DNA from: Octopus sinensis
Lineage: Eukaryota
Length of the DNA stretch: 64,000 nucleotides
Direction: 5' to 3'
NCBI RefSeq assembly: GCF_006345805.1
Contig: NC_043000.1
Location: forward strand, 6,076,001-6,140,000
This document shows, piece by piece, positions 1 through 11,590 of the stretch. The notes under the pieces were generated by a model. It had not been told where the DNA came from, ran no database searches, and was given only the letters and a program-made list of their open reading frames with translations. The translations under genes were made by a program, and so were the position numbers. Position 1 is the first letter of the stretch. The number at the start of each line of letters is the position of its first letter.

Positions 1-205
1 AAAACTTCCAGGCTGGATCCCAAGAGTAGTAGGAAAGCTGGGACTGGTGTAGTGCTGTGAAAGGTGACTATTTTGAAGGAGATGATGTTAAAACTTACGT
101 AAATAAGTTACTTTTTTTATTAAACATAACTAGTTCAGAAACATTTTGATACCATCTTGTAAAAGATCAAAATCTTAATAAAGACAGAAAAAAATATCTT
201 TATAC

Positions 206-336
206 CTTCCCATGAAATCATCTTTTCCAGCAACATCATGGTCATACACTGTTAATTCAAGACACTTTGTTTGGTCATCATACATTCTCAAATCGAATTG
301 TTCTAACCAGCGAGGATTTAATGTGTTTGGTTTAAA
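206..336 (-). CDS. MCTP1: MCTP coding exon 5 in window (second half of C2B): FKPNTLNPRWLEQFDLRMYDDQTKCLELTVYDHDVAGKDDFMG(R)
   Basis: Acceptor ttttctttcag|TTT and donor AG|gtataa. 131 nt, phase 0 to 2, continuing the previous exon in frame. C2 motifs LNPRW and YDxD..KDDFMG. Not in ORF track. Confidence 0.95.
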
Positions 337-380
337 CTGAAAGAAAATTAGATAAGTGAAACAAATACTTCAAGGAATTT

Positions 381-420
<40 letters not shown>

Positions 421-570
421 AATTTTATTGGGGTATATAAGCCTGGTGTTTACGATATTAAGCACATCTATAAGACAAAACTGTAAACTGATTGCATTGA
501 ACTATGATGAAACAATAGTAAATTGTAAAACAATTTACTCACTACATTCTTTATTTGTCACTATAGTGAC

Positions 571-935
571 AGGAGTGGCTGTGTGGTAAGTAGCTTGCTT
601 ACCAACCACTGTGTGGCACCTTGGGCAAGTGTCTTCTACTATAGCCTCGGGCCGACCAAAGCCTTGTGAGTGGATTTGGTAGACGGAAACTGAAAGAAGC
701 CTGCTGTATATATGTGTGTGTATGTGTCTGTGTTCGCCCCCCCCTCCCCCAACATTGCTTGACATCTGATGCTGGTGTGTTTACGTCCCCATAACTTAGT
801 GGTTCGGCAAAAGAGACTGATAGAATAAGTACTAGGCTTACAAAGAATAAGTCCTGGGGTTGATTTGCTCAACTAAAGGCGGTGCTCCAGCATGGCCGCA
901 GTCAAATGACTGAAACAAGTAATAGAATAAAAGAA
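571..935 (+). mobile_element. SINE-A (tRNA-derived SINE), B-box region deleted
   Basis: Head aggagtggctgtgtggtaag, body ggcaccttgggcaagtgtcttctactatagcc, internal (TG)n, tail gctccagcatggccgcagtcaaatgactgaaac. Same family recurs more than 12 times in the window. Confidence 0.9.
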
Positions 936-1639
936 TATATATATATGCACACACACATATTTCACGTGAGCTACCAGACTATCCAGTGCTGTTACACTTC
1001 GCTGGTCACAGTGTGCTTTGCTTTGTTTTAACCTTCAAATGATGTTATCCCATTGACTCGGTAAACAGACCAACATTCACCCCCAACTCCTGATTGAAAG
1101 TGAGAGTGAGGCAACATGAAATGAAGTGTTTTGCTCAAGAACACAACAACACATTGCCTGGTCTGGGAATCGAACCCATGAACTAGCAATCACATATATT
1201 GGATATGAATTAGAAATTTATGATTTTTATTGACTTGGAAATAAATACAAAATGAATTAAATATGATTTTAGTTGAATTTTTATTATTATTTCTATGATG
1301 TCACTGAATACAGAATATATTTTTTGTCACCCATTATTAAAGTAAAACAAATGGACCAATCAAAATGGTGCTTGCAAAAGAAATGAAGGAGGAGTCTTGG
1401 TTATTGCTTAAATATCATTAATAGGGAGTTTGCTAAATTGTGACAGTGACCACCATGTTTTCTCTTATAAAACCAGTCACCAGATGAATGTAATAAATCA
1501 AGTGTACATCTTGTTCATCTAAATTGATACACACAAACATAATTAAGGATGCAACCTAACACTAAAAGAATAAAATCTTGGACAGAGAAGAATTTTTCCA
1601 TAAACATTTGAATTTGTGAACATAAAAAATGTATTTTAA

Positions 1640-1860
1640 CCCTTTTGTTACTGTATTTATTTTGAGATGTTCTGTGTTTCTTTCAATTACTTTAAATATA
1701 ACAAAGAATTTAGTAAAATAACTTAGTTATCATTAAGCTAGTATTAGGAATATAAACTGCGACTAAGGTTTGGTGGTATATTTTGATGCAAAACTTATGA
1801 AAACAAGACATTTGTACTACAGAGCCAGAGCTGGTTTTGGCCGGGTTGGTAACAAAAGGG
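1640..1860. mobile_element. TTAA-MITE-1 (piggyBac-type non-autonomous element)
   Basis: TTAA|CCCTTTTGTTAC ... GTAACAAAAGGG|TTAA: perfect 12-bp TIR, TTAA at 1636-1639 and 1861-1864. Confidence 0.85.
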
Positions 1861-1880
1861 TTAAGTGATAAGATACTTAC

Positions 1881-2057
1881 TTTGCTCTTATATTTTTCAT
1901 TTCCTAAACGAAATTTGACGTAGGGGTCACTGAAGCCATTGTCATCCATTGGCAACAGATTTTTTCCTTCAACCAACACAACAGTCACTACACTGCTCCA
2001 AATTTGCATCTTCATCTTACGAGCAGTTTCTGTTAGTTTAGTGCTTCTTCGATAGAA
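1881..2057 (-). CDS. MCTP1: MCTP coding exon 4 (linker and first half of C2B): FYRRSTKLTETARKMKMQIWSSVVTVVLVEGKNLLPMDDNGFSDPYVKFRLGNEKYKSK
   Basis: Acceptor gttgttcttgtag|TTC and donor AAA|gtaagt. 177 nt, phase 0/0. MCTP C2B signature (IWSSVV..L.EG..L.PMD.NG.SDPYVKFRLGNEKYKSK). Confidence 0.96.
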
Positions 2058-2635
2058 CTACAAGAACAACGACAAAATAAAAAAAAACAGGTTAAATAAT
2101 TCCGGGATAATATAAAAGAAGGTCAGTTTGGGAACCTAATTGCCTTTATCATCTGTGTTGTGTTTTCATTAGTTAACAACTTGAATGTTAAATGATGGTA
2201 ATGGTGAATCACTCTATCAACCCTTTTTTTCTCATATTGCATGAAAGTACTTATTGATAGAGGAAAGCAAAACAGATAGGAGTGAGACAGACAATTTTAC
2301 GAGTGCATTCACTAACAAACCTTTTAAAAACCTAAGTAGTTGACTTGATGCATATATTTGACAGTTTATTTTCCATGTCCTCAAATGATTAATAAGTGAC
2401 ACTACAAAGTGTGACTCACTACAAAACAAATATATATATTTCTCCTCTTTTGAGTGATGGTGATTGGAGATAGATAGTGATGAACATGCAGATGAACTTT
2501 AGCAGAGTCTCAAGTACCACAAGTAAATTCTCACAGTTGTCACAAAATATTATATATCCTGTCTGACTAAGATTCTTTTAATGAAGTGTAATTAAAATGT
2601 CATTAAATGATACATTTTGAATTACAGACCTTTAA

Positions 2636-2844
2636 ACCTTTTATTACCATATTTTCGTTGGCATAGCGGCCTTTGTTTCAATTTTATTTTGAAAATAATT
2701 AAGAATTTGGTGAAATGATTTAGATAGTATTAAGAGAGTGTTTGGAACATAAATTAGCATGGAATTTTGATAGAAGACCACTTTAAAATAGTATGTTTGT
2801 AACCTAGAACCACTGGAAGTCTTAGACAGCTGATGTCAAAAGGG
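2636..2844. mobile_element. Diverged TTAA-MITE-1-related copy
   Basis: ttaa-accttttattacc ... gtcaaaaggg-ttaa; internal sequence similar to 23560-24238 and 37948-38289. Confidence 0.65.
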
Positions 2845-3297
2845 TTAACTGGACAATGCTGATTTTTCTGAAACCTTTAAAAGATTTGTAGGTTTGCCCT
2901 TGTATCAGGTATTATGGATTTGGCAAGTTTTGATTCACAGTTAAAACTGTTTCATTTCTTTTTTAGTAGTGTAAGAAAGACTCTGAATATTACAAATTTT
3001 CAATGACTTTCAAGTATGTATGTAGAGAATACACTAGAAGGGCCTGCTGGTAACATATTTCATCAAGCACTTTATTTACTTTCTTCTGTTTGAAAAGGAG
3101 ATTCTTACCTGAAATATTATAGAACCATTAAACAGCCTATGTAAAATAAGAACATCTTTTCTCTTTGTTTTCATTTATTGACATAATCTCACATATTTTA
3201 CTGAACTCTTCACCTGCATTGCTCAAAAAACTTTTCCAGCATTTATATCATTTACACTTATTGCAATACTCCGATCTATTAACACTACTCTTATGTA

Positions 3298-3811
3298 CTG
3301 TAAATCCTCGAGTATAGTCTGCCCTTGAGTATAATATGCAGGTGATTTTTAGGGGGCTGTACCTCTGAAAAACCTAAACTTTGTGTATAATATATGCACC
3401 CCTTCTCTAACTTAAGTCAAGGAGGTCTATATAACATCCTTGGCTTGTAAAAATGTATACGGTAACATCCTTTATTATTATTGTATATATAACATAATGC
3501 AAACGTGTAGCTTTTTTGTGCATTTTGTTTGCAGAAAATAAAGAAATAACAGTAATAACGTTTAATAAATGTTGCTTCCTGCAAGTTATGGATGATTCTT
3601 TTATGACTTCATTGCTTTCTGGCTTAGCTTAGGGTATTTTTGCACCCGACATCACAAAATGCGTCTGAATAAACATTTCCAGACAACAAATAGAGACTCG
3701 GACATTGCTTAGAAAATAATTTTCATTTTTAACCACGTATATAGTACGCACTAGGGATTTTGATCTTTAAATTTTGGGAAAAAAATGTGGATTATACTTG
3801 AGGATTTACGG
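3298..3811. mobile_element. pogo/Tc1-mariner-type MITE (about 510 bp)
   Basis: TA|CTGTAAATCCTCGAGTATA ... TATACTTGAGGATTTACGG|TA, i.e. TIR plus TA TSD. Near-identical element at 13887-14396. Confidence 0.85.
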
Positions 3812-4666
3812 TATTTAAGTTCTTTGGCTGAGTTAAAAAGAATTCATTATTTTCAATATTAACTTAACCAATACCAGAATAATACATTTATTTACATGAT
3901 TGTTTACATAAGTGTTTATAAACCTTGACTGATAACTGGGTCGTTGCTGAAGTCTTTATCATTATAAAGTTTGTTAAATAAAAGTTAACCTGGCAGAGAA
4001 AACACCTCCCCTAAGTTGTTGGCATGACTAAATCTCATATACATTGAGCCAGTGAAGAAAAATAGTTCAGCTGAGAATAAAATCTGTGTTTATAAACCAA
4101 TTTACATTGCATATGTTGCACATTATTTAAAAAAGGTTAAACATAAAAGAAAAAAATACTGAAATTTTGCCAAAACATTAACATGTAAAATTATTAAGTT
4201 TTCCTTGTATATTTAAAGAAATAAATATTTAAATGTGTAAGAAACAAGGAAAATTAGTTTTAGAGTAAGTGAATGAATGGCCAAAGATATTAATCTGAAA
4301 AAAAAAAAAAAAGTTATGTTAATAAATTCTAACAATAAAGCAAAGATTTATAAACTGTTTTGCTAAGCCAAGGTTCCTTTCTACCTTTGCCAGTCTGTAT
4401 TCAGATGTGATTAGATCTTTGGCAGAAACCACAGATCTAATCAGTTAAAAATGATCATGAAGGAAGTTGGATAAAGATTGGTTTGACAAGTAGCCAAGTT
4501 CAAGTCAAAGGAGTTCTGAATAAGAGCTTCTTTTTGAAAATTTTCACCATAATGAGAGAAATAAGAAAACTAGATAAAATAAAATGAATAAACTTTCAAG
4601 GGGTTTCTCTTGAATAATTTAGAAGAACATAATAATAATGATGATGATGATGATGATGATAATAAT

Positions 4667-5205
4667 GCCCTGATGCAGTATCAGGCAATGGCTCTCGTGG
4701 CTTCTGAGCTTAACTGATTGGAAGTGTTATCATGTTCATCGTTTTGTCTTGGTATAAAAGATGGCCTACAGCAAATATTCTGCTCAATACCACAGATTTG
4801 CTTGTCAGTTGTTTGACCGTAACCAGTTGGGTGGCTGACGATATGTGCATCTCTGATCACGAGCAGAAGTAGTGGGGGAGCATCATAGCTATGTGTTGAG
4901 AGGAATTCTTTGGATTTGAATAAGTCACCTTTGGAAACATGGGTGGTTCTTTCAACATCCTTAAACAACCCTTATTCAGGGACCTTTTGAGCTGGATGGG
5001 CTACTCAACCTGAAGCAAATTCTAACTGGGCCCCACATGCAAAGTCATGTGCTGTTTATCTTGATATGAGATCACCATGTTGCACACGTCATTGTGATGC
5101 ATGCACCTAGTGTAGCCTTATCAGACGGGTAGTCATAATGGGTATACTAAGCTTTGTATATTTTACCCCAGTGTCACTTTGATGGCATGCACTGCTCTCT
5201 CACTC
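4667..5205. mobile_element. Family D interspersed repeat (about 540 bp) embedded in (AAT)n
   Basis: Starts gccctgatgcagta, ends gcatgcactgctctctcactc. Second copy at 31441-31993. Both are flanked by AAT repeats. Confidence 0.8.
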
Positions 5206-5780
5206 AATAATATTTATAATAATAATGTTTTTCTTCTTTTCTTTCTTTTTCACATAACTTAAATTTGTAAATGAACAATCTGCCGTGCATATTTCAATGG
5301 CCGATCAATGTACAGAGTGAGTTACTTTACCCTAGGTGCTGGAAAGACACTCGGTAAAAAATGTAAACAAAATTGAAAGAAGAAAATAAAAAATTGTTTC
5401 TAGTACTGGTACAAGGTCAGCAACATGTTTTGCATAGTGGGTGGGGTTAGTTGACTAGTATATTTTTTTATTAACTCCAGATGGATGAAAAGCAATGTTA
5501 ACCATAGCAGGATTTAAACTCAGATGTAAAAACCCAGAACAAATACTACTCAGCAGTTTTCTGACATTCTAATAATTTAGTGGATATTTGTGTGTGTGTG
5601 TGTGTGTATCATCATCATGAACATGGTTTAACATCTGCCTTCCATACTGGCATGATATATATATGTATACACACACACACACACATATATATATATAAGG
5701 AGAAATCAAAAATTATCTGCACTTTCGTCATAACATACCTTTATTATTGTCTTACTGCCTTCCATGCATGCATACTCATT

Positions 5781-5839
5781 GTTGGTACTATTGTGGTCAC
5801 ATGATCGAAGTTCGATCACATGACCACAATAGTACCAAC
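5781..5839. repeat. 59-bp near-perfect palindrome/hairpin
   Basis: gttggtactattgtggtcaCAtgatcgaa-g-ttcgatcaCAtgaccacaatagtaccaac: 27 of 29 Watson-Crick pairs. Confidence 0.95.
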
Positions 5840-6281
5840 TATAAGGACACATGTGTGGATGGCAGTGTGACTATAATAAAGAGATGTTATGGCGAAAGTG
5901 TGGATAATTTTTGACTTCCCCACATATATATACACACACACATACATACATACAACATATGTACACATATGCAAGTACATGCATACCTATTGGTAGATTT
6001 CATATTCATAATATATATATGTGTGTGTGTGTGTGTGCATGCATGTGTACATCTGTGTGTGTGTGTTTGCGTCTCCCTGTCTCAACATCGCACAATAATT
6101 ATTAACAAACATCACTGTCAGACAAACAGTGTCTCTCGTTTCCAGTCTTCCATGGAGAAAACATGTCCAGCTATGCTTGGAAACAAATATGGGTTGGTGA
6201 TAGGAAAAGCATCCACTCATAGAAAATCTGTCTCAACAAAATTCTCTCCAATCTACGCAAGCACAGTAAAGTGTATATTAA

Positions 6282-6480
6282 TTGTTTAACATTCAGATTA
6301 CTCTGTCAAATATAATGCTTATTTATTCATATTGTATTGAATTAATTTTGTATTATGTTGTAACTTCAAGATTTCAAGTATGCAATTGTAAGGTAGGTTT
6401 CAGAGGTCAGAACTAATCAGCTTGAACATAAAACAAATAAAAGATTTGGGTCGGATACAACCAGTTTAAATGCTAAAGGA
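6282..6480. mobile_element. TTAA-MITE-2 (CCCTTTAGCATT termini), reversed relative to the 17424 copy
   Basis: cattcagattactctgtcaaa ... tttaaatgctaaagga|ttaa; homologous to 17424-17638 and 59803-60229. Confidence 0.75.
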
Positions 6481-6639
6481 TTAAATTGATGATGATACCG
6501 GGTGATGATATATTGGGTGAAAGTGTAATAATACGGAATAGGTTGTTAGGAGTTGTCCAAACAGAGGACTAATAAATTGTTGGGTATCTGGGATCTCTTG
6601 TCCATTACTATAAATGATGATGATAACAATATTTTAATA

Positions 6640-7053
6640 TGTAGAGGCAGCCGTTGCTAGCACCGCCTCGACTGGCTTCTGTGCTGGTAGCACATAATAA
6701 GCACCATCCGAACGTGGCCGATGCCAGCGCTGCCCCGACTGGCTTCTGTGCCGGTGGCACATAAAAAGCACCATCTGAACATGGCCGTTGCCAGCGTTGC
6801 CTTGGCTGGCTTCCGCGCTGGTGGCACGTTAAAAGCTCCAACCAATCGTGGTCGATGCCGGGCCCCCCTAACACCTGTGCAGGTGGCACGTAAAAAGTAC
6901 CCACTACACTCGCGGAGTGGTTGGCGTTAGGAAGAGCATCCAGCTGTAGATCAGACTGGAGCCTGGTGCAGCCCCTGGCTTCCCAGACCCCAGTTGGACC
7001 GTCCAGCCCGTGCTAGAGTGGAAAACGGACGTTAAACGATGATGATGATGATG
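6640..7053 (+). mobile_element. Family C: RTE-LINE 3' UTR fragment with (GAT)n tail
   Basis: Tandem gtgc(c/t)ggtggcac(a/g)taaaaagcacc units, then cggagtggttggcgttaggaag.gcatccagc ... aaacggacgttaaacgatgatgatg. Confidence 0.8.
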
Positions 7054-8069
7054 AAGGCAATTAGTAGATAAAGGTGTGGATCATTAATATCCATGGGAGA
7101 AAATGCTTGCTATGTTAGAGATTGTGAATCTTCATTAACTAATGACAAGTAGTTTTATTAAATTTTAACACATAATATATAACCACCAATATAAACATTG
7201 AGAGGAAGATTTTAGATGGTCAATGAGCCTGTTAGAAATAGCAGCTAAATAGCTTTCAAATCACAGCCAACTGTCTTTATTTTAATTAATGTCCCTGTAT
7301 TGTGATAAAAACCTCCAATGAATTTCAGCCCCTGACACACCTTCCAACCAGAGAAATCAGATCCCTGCACATTAATTAACTGGTGGGCAGTCATGACTAT
7401 ATTAATTAACTGGTAGACAGTCATGATTGAAATGTCTTTGATTAAAGGTTTGCTCAATCAAGACTGATACAGGAAAAAAATAACAACAACCCTTTAGTAA
7501 TTAAACAAAAGATGAATATATTTCTGATGTATTTTTAAGAGAATCAATTACGAAATCTAATTATGCATATATGAAGATCTGTTTTAATGAGGTCCTACCC
7601 TTAAGTAGATTACTTCTTTAATTATTCTCATCCTAAATGTGAAATGTGTGTGTGTTTGAAATGAAATGCATGTACAATAGCATATGTCCATGTATATGTA
7701 TCTTGATATGTCTTGTGAGAACAATTGATATTATATGCCATTATGTATTTTCACAAAGTGCAAGCATCCTCTTCAAATGGAAGAGAAAAAATCCAAAGAA
7801 TTTTAGAAACAGAGAGTTAAGTGGAAACACTGAAGGACAATGACTACTTCAGTACAACATATTGATATCAATCCCTCTCTCTCTTCCTCTCACATACCCA
7901 CACACATGCATATGCATGTACGTGGCCTAGTGGTTAGGATGTTTCACTCACAATCACCAGATCATGGGACTGATTCCCAGACTGATTTTCCATTACTCTG
8001 TGGGTGAGAAAGTGGCAAAATCAATGGTATGTTGACAGAAATGCTTACAGTACATCTTATGGTCACTCT

Positions 8070-8256
8070 TTTACTCCTTTACACACTTCAGTCATTTGAC
8101 TGTGGTACCGCCTTTAGTTGAAGAAAGCGACACTAAGGACTTATTCTTTGTAAGACTAGTACTTATTCTATCGGTCTCTTTCACTGAACTGCTAAGTTTC
8201 AGAGACATAAATGCACCAACATCGGATGTCAAGTGATAGTTGGGGGACAAACACAG

Positions 8257-8287
<31 letters not shown>

Positions 8288-8411
8288 AAATTCAAATTAT
8301 GATGAACGTAAACAAACAAATGAAGTTTGCTTTAGAAGTGTTGAGATGTCTAGGAAAGTTCAGCCGCCGACACTTTTTCCTGCAAAATAGGGGTAGCTTA
8401 TCCTGTTCAGG

Positions 8412-8452
<41 letters not shown>

Positions 8453-8662
8453 TGATGGACTTCTTTCAGTTTCCATCTACCAAATTCACTCACAAGACCA
8501 ACACACGTAGATATATACACAACGGTCTTCTTTCAGTTTCTGTCTTCAGATCCACTCACAAGGCTATAGTAGAAGACACTTGCCCAAAGTGCCACACAGT
8601 GGGACTGAACCCAGAACCATGTGGCTGGTAAGCAAGCTTCTTACCACACAGCCACGCCTGCA
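8070..8662 (-). mobile_element. SINE-A, interrupted and rearranged copy
   Basis: Reverse-complement tail near 8080-8260 and head near 8530-8662, with microsatellites between. Confidence 0.75.
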
Positions 8663-8956
8663 CCTATCTACATTCTGAATTCAAATCCCACTGGTCTGGA
8701 GAAGGCAATGAGAAACCAATATAGTAATCGTCACAAGTCTAGTCATAGCAGCTGAAGTTCCGGTAATCTACTTAATGGTGGCATGGGAGAGTACCAGCTC
8801 TCCTCTAGGTCATATAGAGAGTGCTGGAAGAAGGTTCATATGCACAGGGCTTGTTAAAGGGCAGACCACCACTAGACTAGATATGCATATATGAATAAGC
8901 ATATATGCATGCACAACTATGTATTTGCATGCATATGTACATACATATATATATAT

Positions 8957-9285
8957 GGCTCAGTGGTTAGAGCATCGAGCTTACGATCGTGAGGTTGTGA
9001 GCTCGAATCCCGGACCGGCTGCGTGTTGTGTTCTTGAGCAAGAGACTTTATTTCACATTGCTCCAGTTCACTCAGCTGTAGAAATGAGTTGCGACGTCAC
9101 GAGTGCCAAGCTGTATCGGCCCCTTTGCCTTTCCCTTGGATTACATCAGTGGCGTGGAGAGGGGAGGCTGGTATGCATGGGCGACTGCTGGTCTTCCATA
9201 AACAACCTTGCCCGGACTTGTGACTAGGAGGTTAACTTTCTAGGTGCAATCCCATGGTCAGTGTCGTGACCGAAGGGGGTCAAAT
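8957..9285 (+). mobile_element. SINE-F (tRNA-derived SINE)
   Basis: A-box tggctcagtggt, B-box gctcgaatccc, central gtgttcttgagcaag.cactttatttcacattgctccag domain, A-rich end. Confidence 0.85.
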
Positions 9286-9297
9286 AAAAAAAAAAAA

Positions 9298-9331
<34 letters not shown>

Positions 9332-9449
9332 TGTCATTGACAATATATATATACACAGACATACATACATGCATACATACACACATACATACTTCTTCAT
9401 CTTCCCCTGTCCATTTCCTTATCTGTTTTAGCATCAGTACTGTATATTC

Positions 9450-9660
9450 TGCGAGCTGGCAGAAATGTTAGCACGCTGGGCGAAATGCTTAGCAGTATTT
9501 TGTCTGTCTGTACGTTCTGAGTTTAAATTCCACCAAGGTGGACTTTGCCTTTCATCCTTTCAGGATCAATAAATTAAGTACCAGTTGTATTCTGGGGTCG
9601 ATCTAATTGACTGGTCCCACCTCAAAAGTTTCAAGCCTTCTGCCTAGAATAGAAAAGAAT
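9450..9660 (+). mobile_element. SINE-B
   Basis: gagctggcagaaatgttagcacgctgggcgaaatgc ... gagtttaaattcc ... ctttgcctttcatcctttc ... aagtaccagt, tail ccttctgcctagaatagaaaag. Confidence 0.85.
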
Positions 9661-9945
9661 AGTGTATATTGCCTGTCCATCATTTCAAGATTTTATTTCT
9701 ATTTCTATCTTAATTTATACGGCTTGTTTCCTCCCATTAGAAGCAAAACACAATGCTTGCCAAACGTATAATGTAAGAAGAGCATACTTTTGATGCAAGT
9801 CTGCTGAAGTGCCAGTCCACTGTTTAAAAACCACAAATATTACATAACTTTTCACAGGCGGCATTAAAAACAGACTTGGTACAGAAACAATTGTAACTGG
9901 TCATCAAAGACATGATAAGCTCTTTCTCTGTCTTCTCATTTGGGT

Positions 9946-10005
<60 letters not shown>

Positions 10006-10030
10006 ATATATATATATATATATATATATA
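9946..10030. repeat. (TC)n(TA)n compound microsatellite
   Basis: Read directly. Confidence 0.95.
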
Positions 10031-10539
10031 TTGGGTTGTCCGGAAAGTTCATGCCGATTTATAGTAGCTTACTTTTCGACTTATTTTAGAACATGGTTGA
10101 GTCCATAAAATAGGATTTGACTACCCCTCCATTTAGAACACAGTTTAAGCTATCTTTTCGTAGAAGAAGGTTTATGTTCCTATAACCTGTGTTAATTCTG
10201 TAACTCTTTAAAATGGAAGATAAGAAAGTTCATTTTTGGCACTTGATGCTTTGGGAACCAGACAAAAATTGCCCCACCCTCCATATTCACCAGATATTGC
10301 TCCTTCGGATTTCCACTTATTCAGGTCTCTGCAGAATAGTCTTAATGAATTCCTTGATGAATTCTTTGCCATGAAACCACCTCAATTCTGGGAAGAGGGT
10401 ATTTTCAAGTTAAAGGAAAGATGGAGATGCATTGTGCAACAAAATGGTTCATATTTGGCTGATTAAAAATGTAATGGCAAGTATTTATTGACCGTTTTCT
10501 TTCCTTTAAAAATCAGCACGAACTATCCGGACAACCCAA
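10031..10539 (+). mobile_element. Internally deleted mariner (TA TSD, about 30-bp TIRs)
   Basis: TA|TTGGGTTGTCCGGAAAGTTCATGCCGATTT ... AAATCAGCACGAACTATCCGGACAACCCAA|TA. N-terminus MEDKKVHFWHLML at 10213 and C-terminal PHPPYSPDIAPSDFHLFRSLQNSL...ERW...NGSY. Confidence 0.93.
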
Positions 10540-11444
10540 TATATATAGGCATGTACAGTAAACATGTGTGTTTATAATATCTCTTAATATTTGTTTCAGT
10601 TGGCAGACAGCAGACATACTGGAGCAAACAAAGCTGATCAATGAAAAACAACTTAAAGTGACTCGTCTCAAGAATATGAACAACAAAAAGGAATAAAAGT
10701 GAAGCCTTGATATATTCCTTTCAATAGAAAAGTAAACAAACGCCATGTGGTAATTGTGACCAACTCAAGATGAAAGGAGGAGATAATCTTAGGAATTAGG
10801 AATTCACTGCAAAAGCCATGGTATTAAACAAAAGATAGTCTTGATTGTTTAGTGATCAGAGGGTAGCTATGTACATGTTTCTGCCTCAATAGGTGTCATC
10901 AACACAACAGTTGTTCTACTTTGATTATAGCATATGTGAGACTTAAATATATATGCAAAGGGTAGAAAACCTTTACAGCCTAAAGTAATTTGTGTAATTT
11001 AAACAGAAATGAGCTAAAAAATCCATATTGGCAGCTATTTTAATTTCTCTCTGCTTTCCAATGTTTTAACTGTTTCTTCTACTTCATATCATTAAATATA
11101 CAAACACACATGTGGATATATGGACACAAAGATACATGCATGGGTACATATGTGTGTATGCATATATAAATTAAGTAAATGGATTCACACATATATAAAA
11201 GTGTACATGGAAATGTGCGTACAAAGATACATACAAACATATATACATACATATTTATATGCACACACACACACACACACCTATATCAAGTTTCTTTAAA
11301 ATTAATATTTATGTTGCAACTTAAATTGCATGCTGCTGCAATCTTTAGGTGAGAACAGACACAACTTAGTGCAGTTTTTCAGACATGCACACATGTAATG
11401 CACAAACACAAAGATACACTAATGTGTGTGTGTGTATATATATC

Positions 11445-11590
11445 ATCATCATCATCATCATTTAGCATCCGTTTTCCATGCTAGCATGGGTTGGACGGTT
11501 CAACTGGGGTCTGTGAAGCCAGAAGGCTGCATCAGGCCCAGTCTGATCTGGCAGTGTTTCTACGGCTGGATGCCCTTCCTAACGCCAATG
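11445..11590 (-). mobile_element. Family C (RTE 3' end) fragment
   Basis: (CAT)n followed by ccgttttccatgctagcatgggttggacgg ... ggctggatgcccttcctaacgcc. Confidence 0.8.

Noticed and set aside
1710-1880. C-terminal part of ORF 1710..2015 (VSILSLNPF...)
   Set aside because: Read-through past the gtaagt donor into the TTAA MITE.
8957-9030. tRNA-like sequences (also 23692, 42620, 51014)
   Set aside because: These are SINE heads: they lack a complete acceptor stem and continue into SINE bodies. No true tRNA, rRNA or snRNA gene was recognised.
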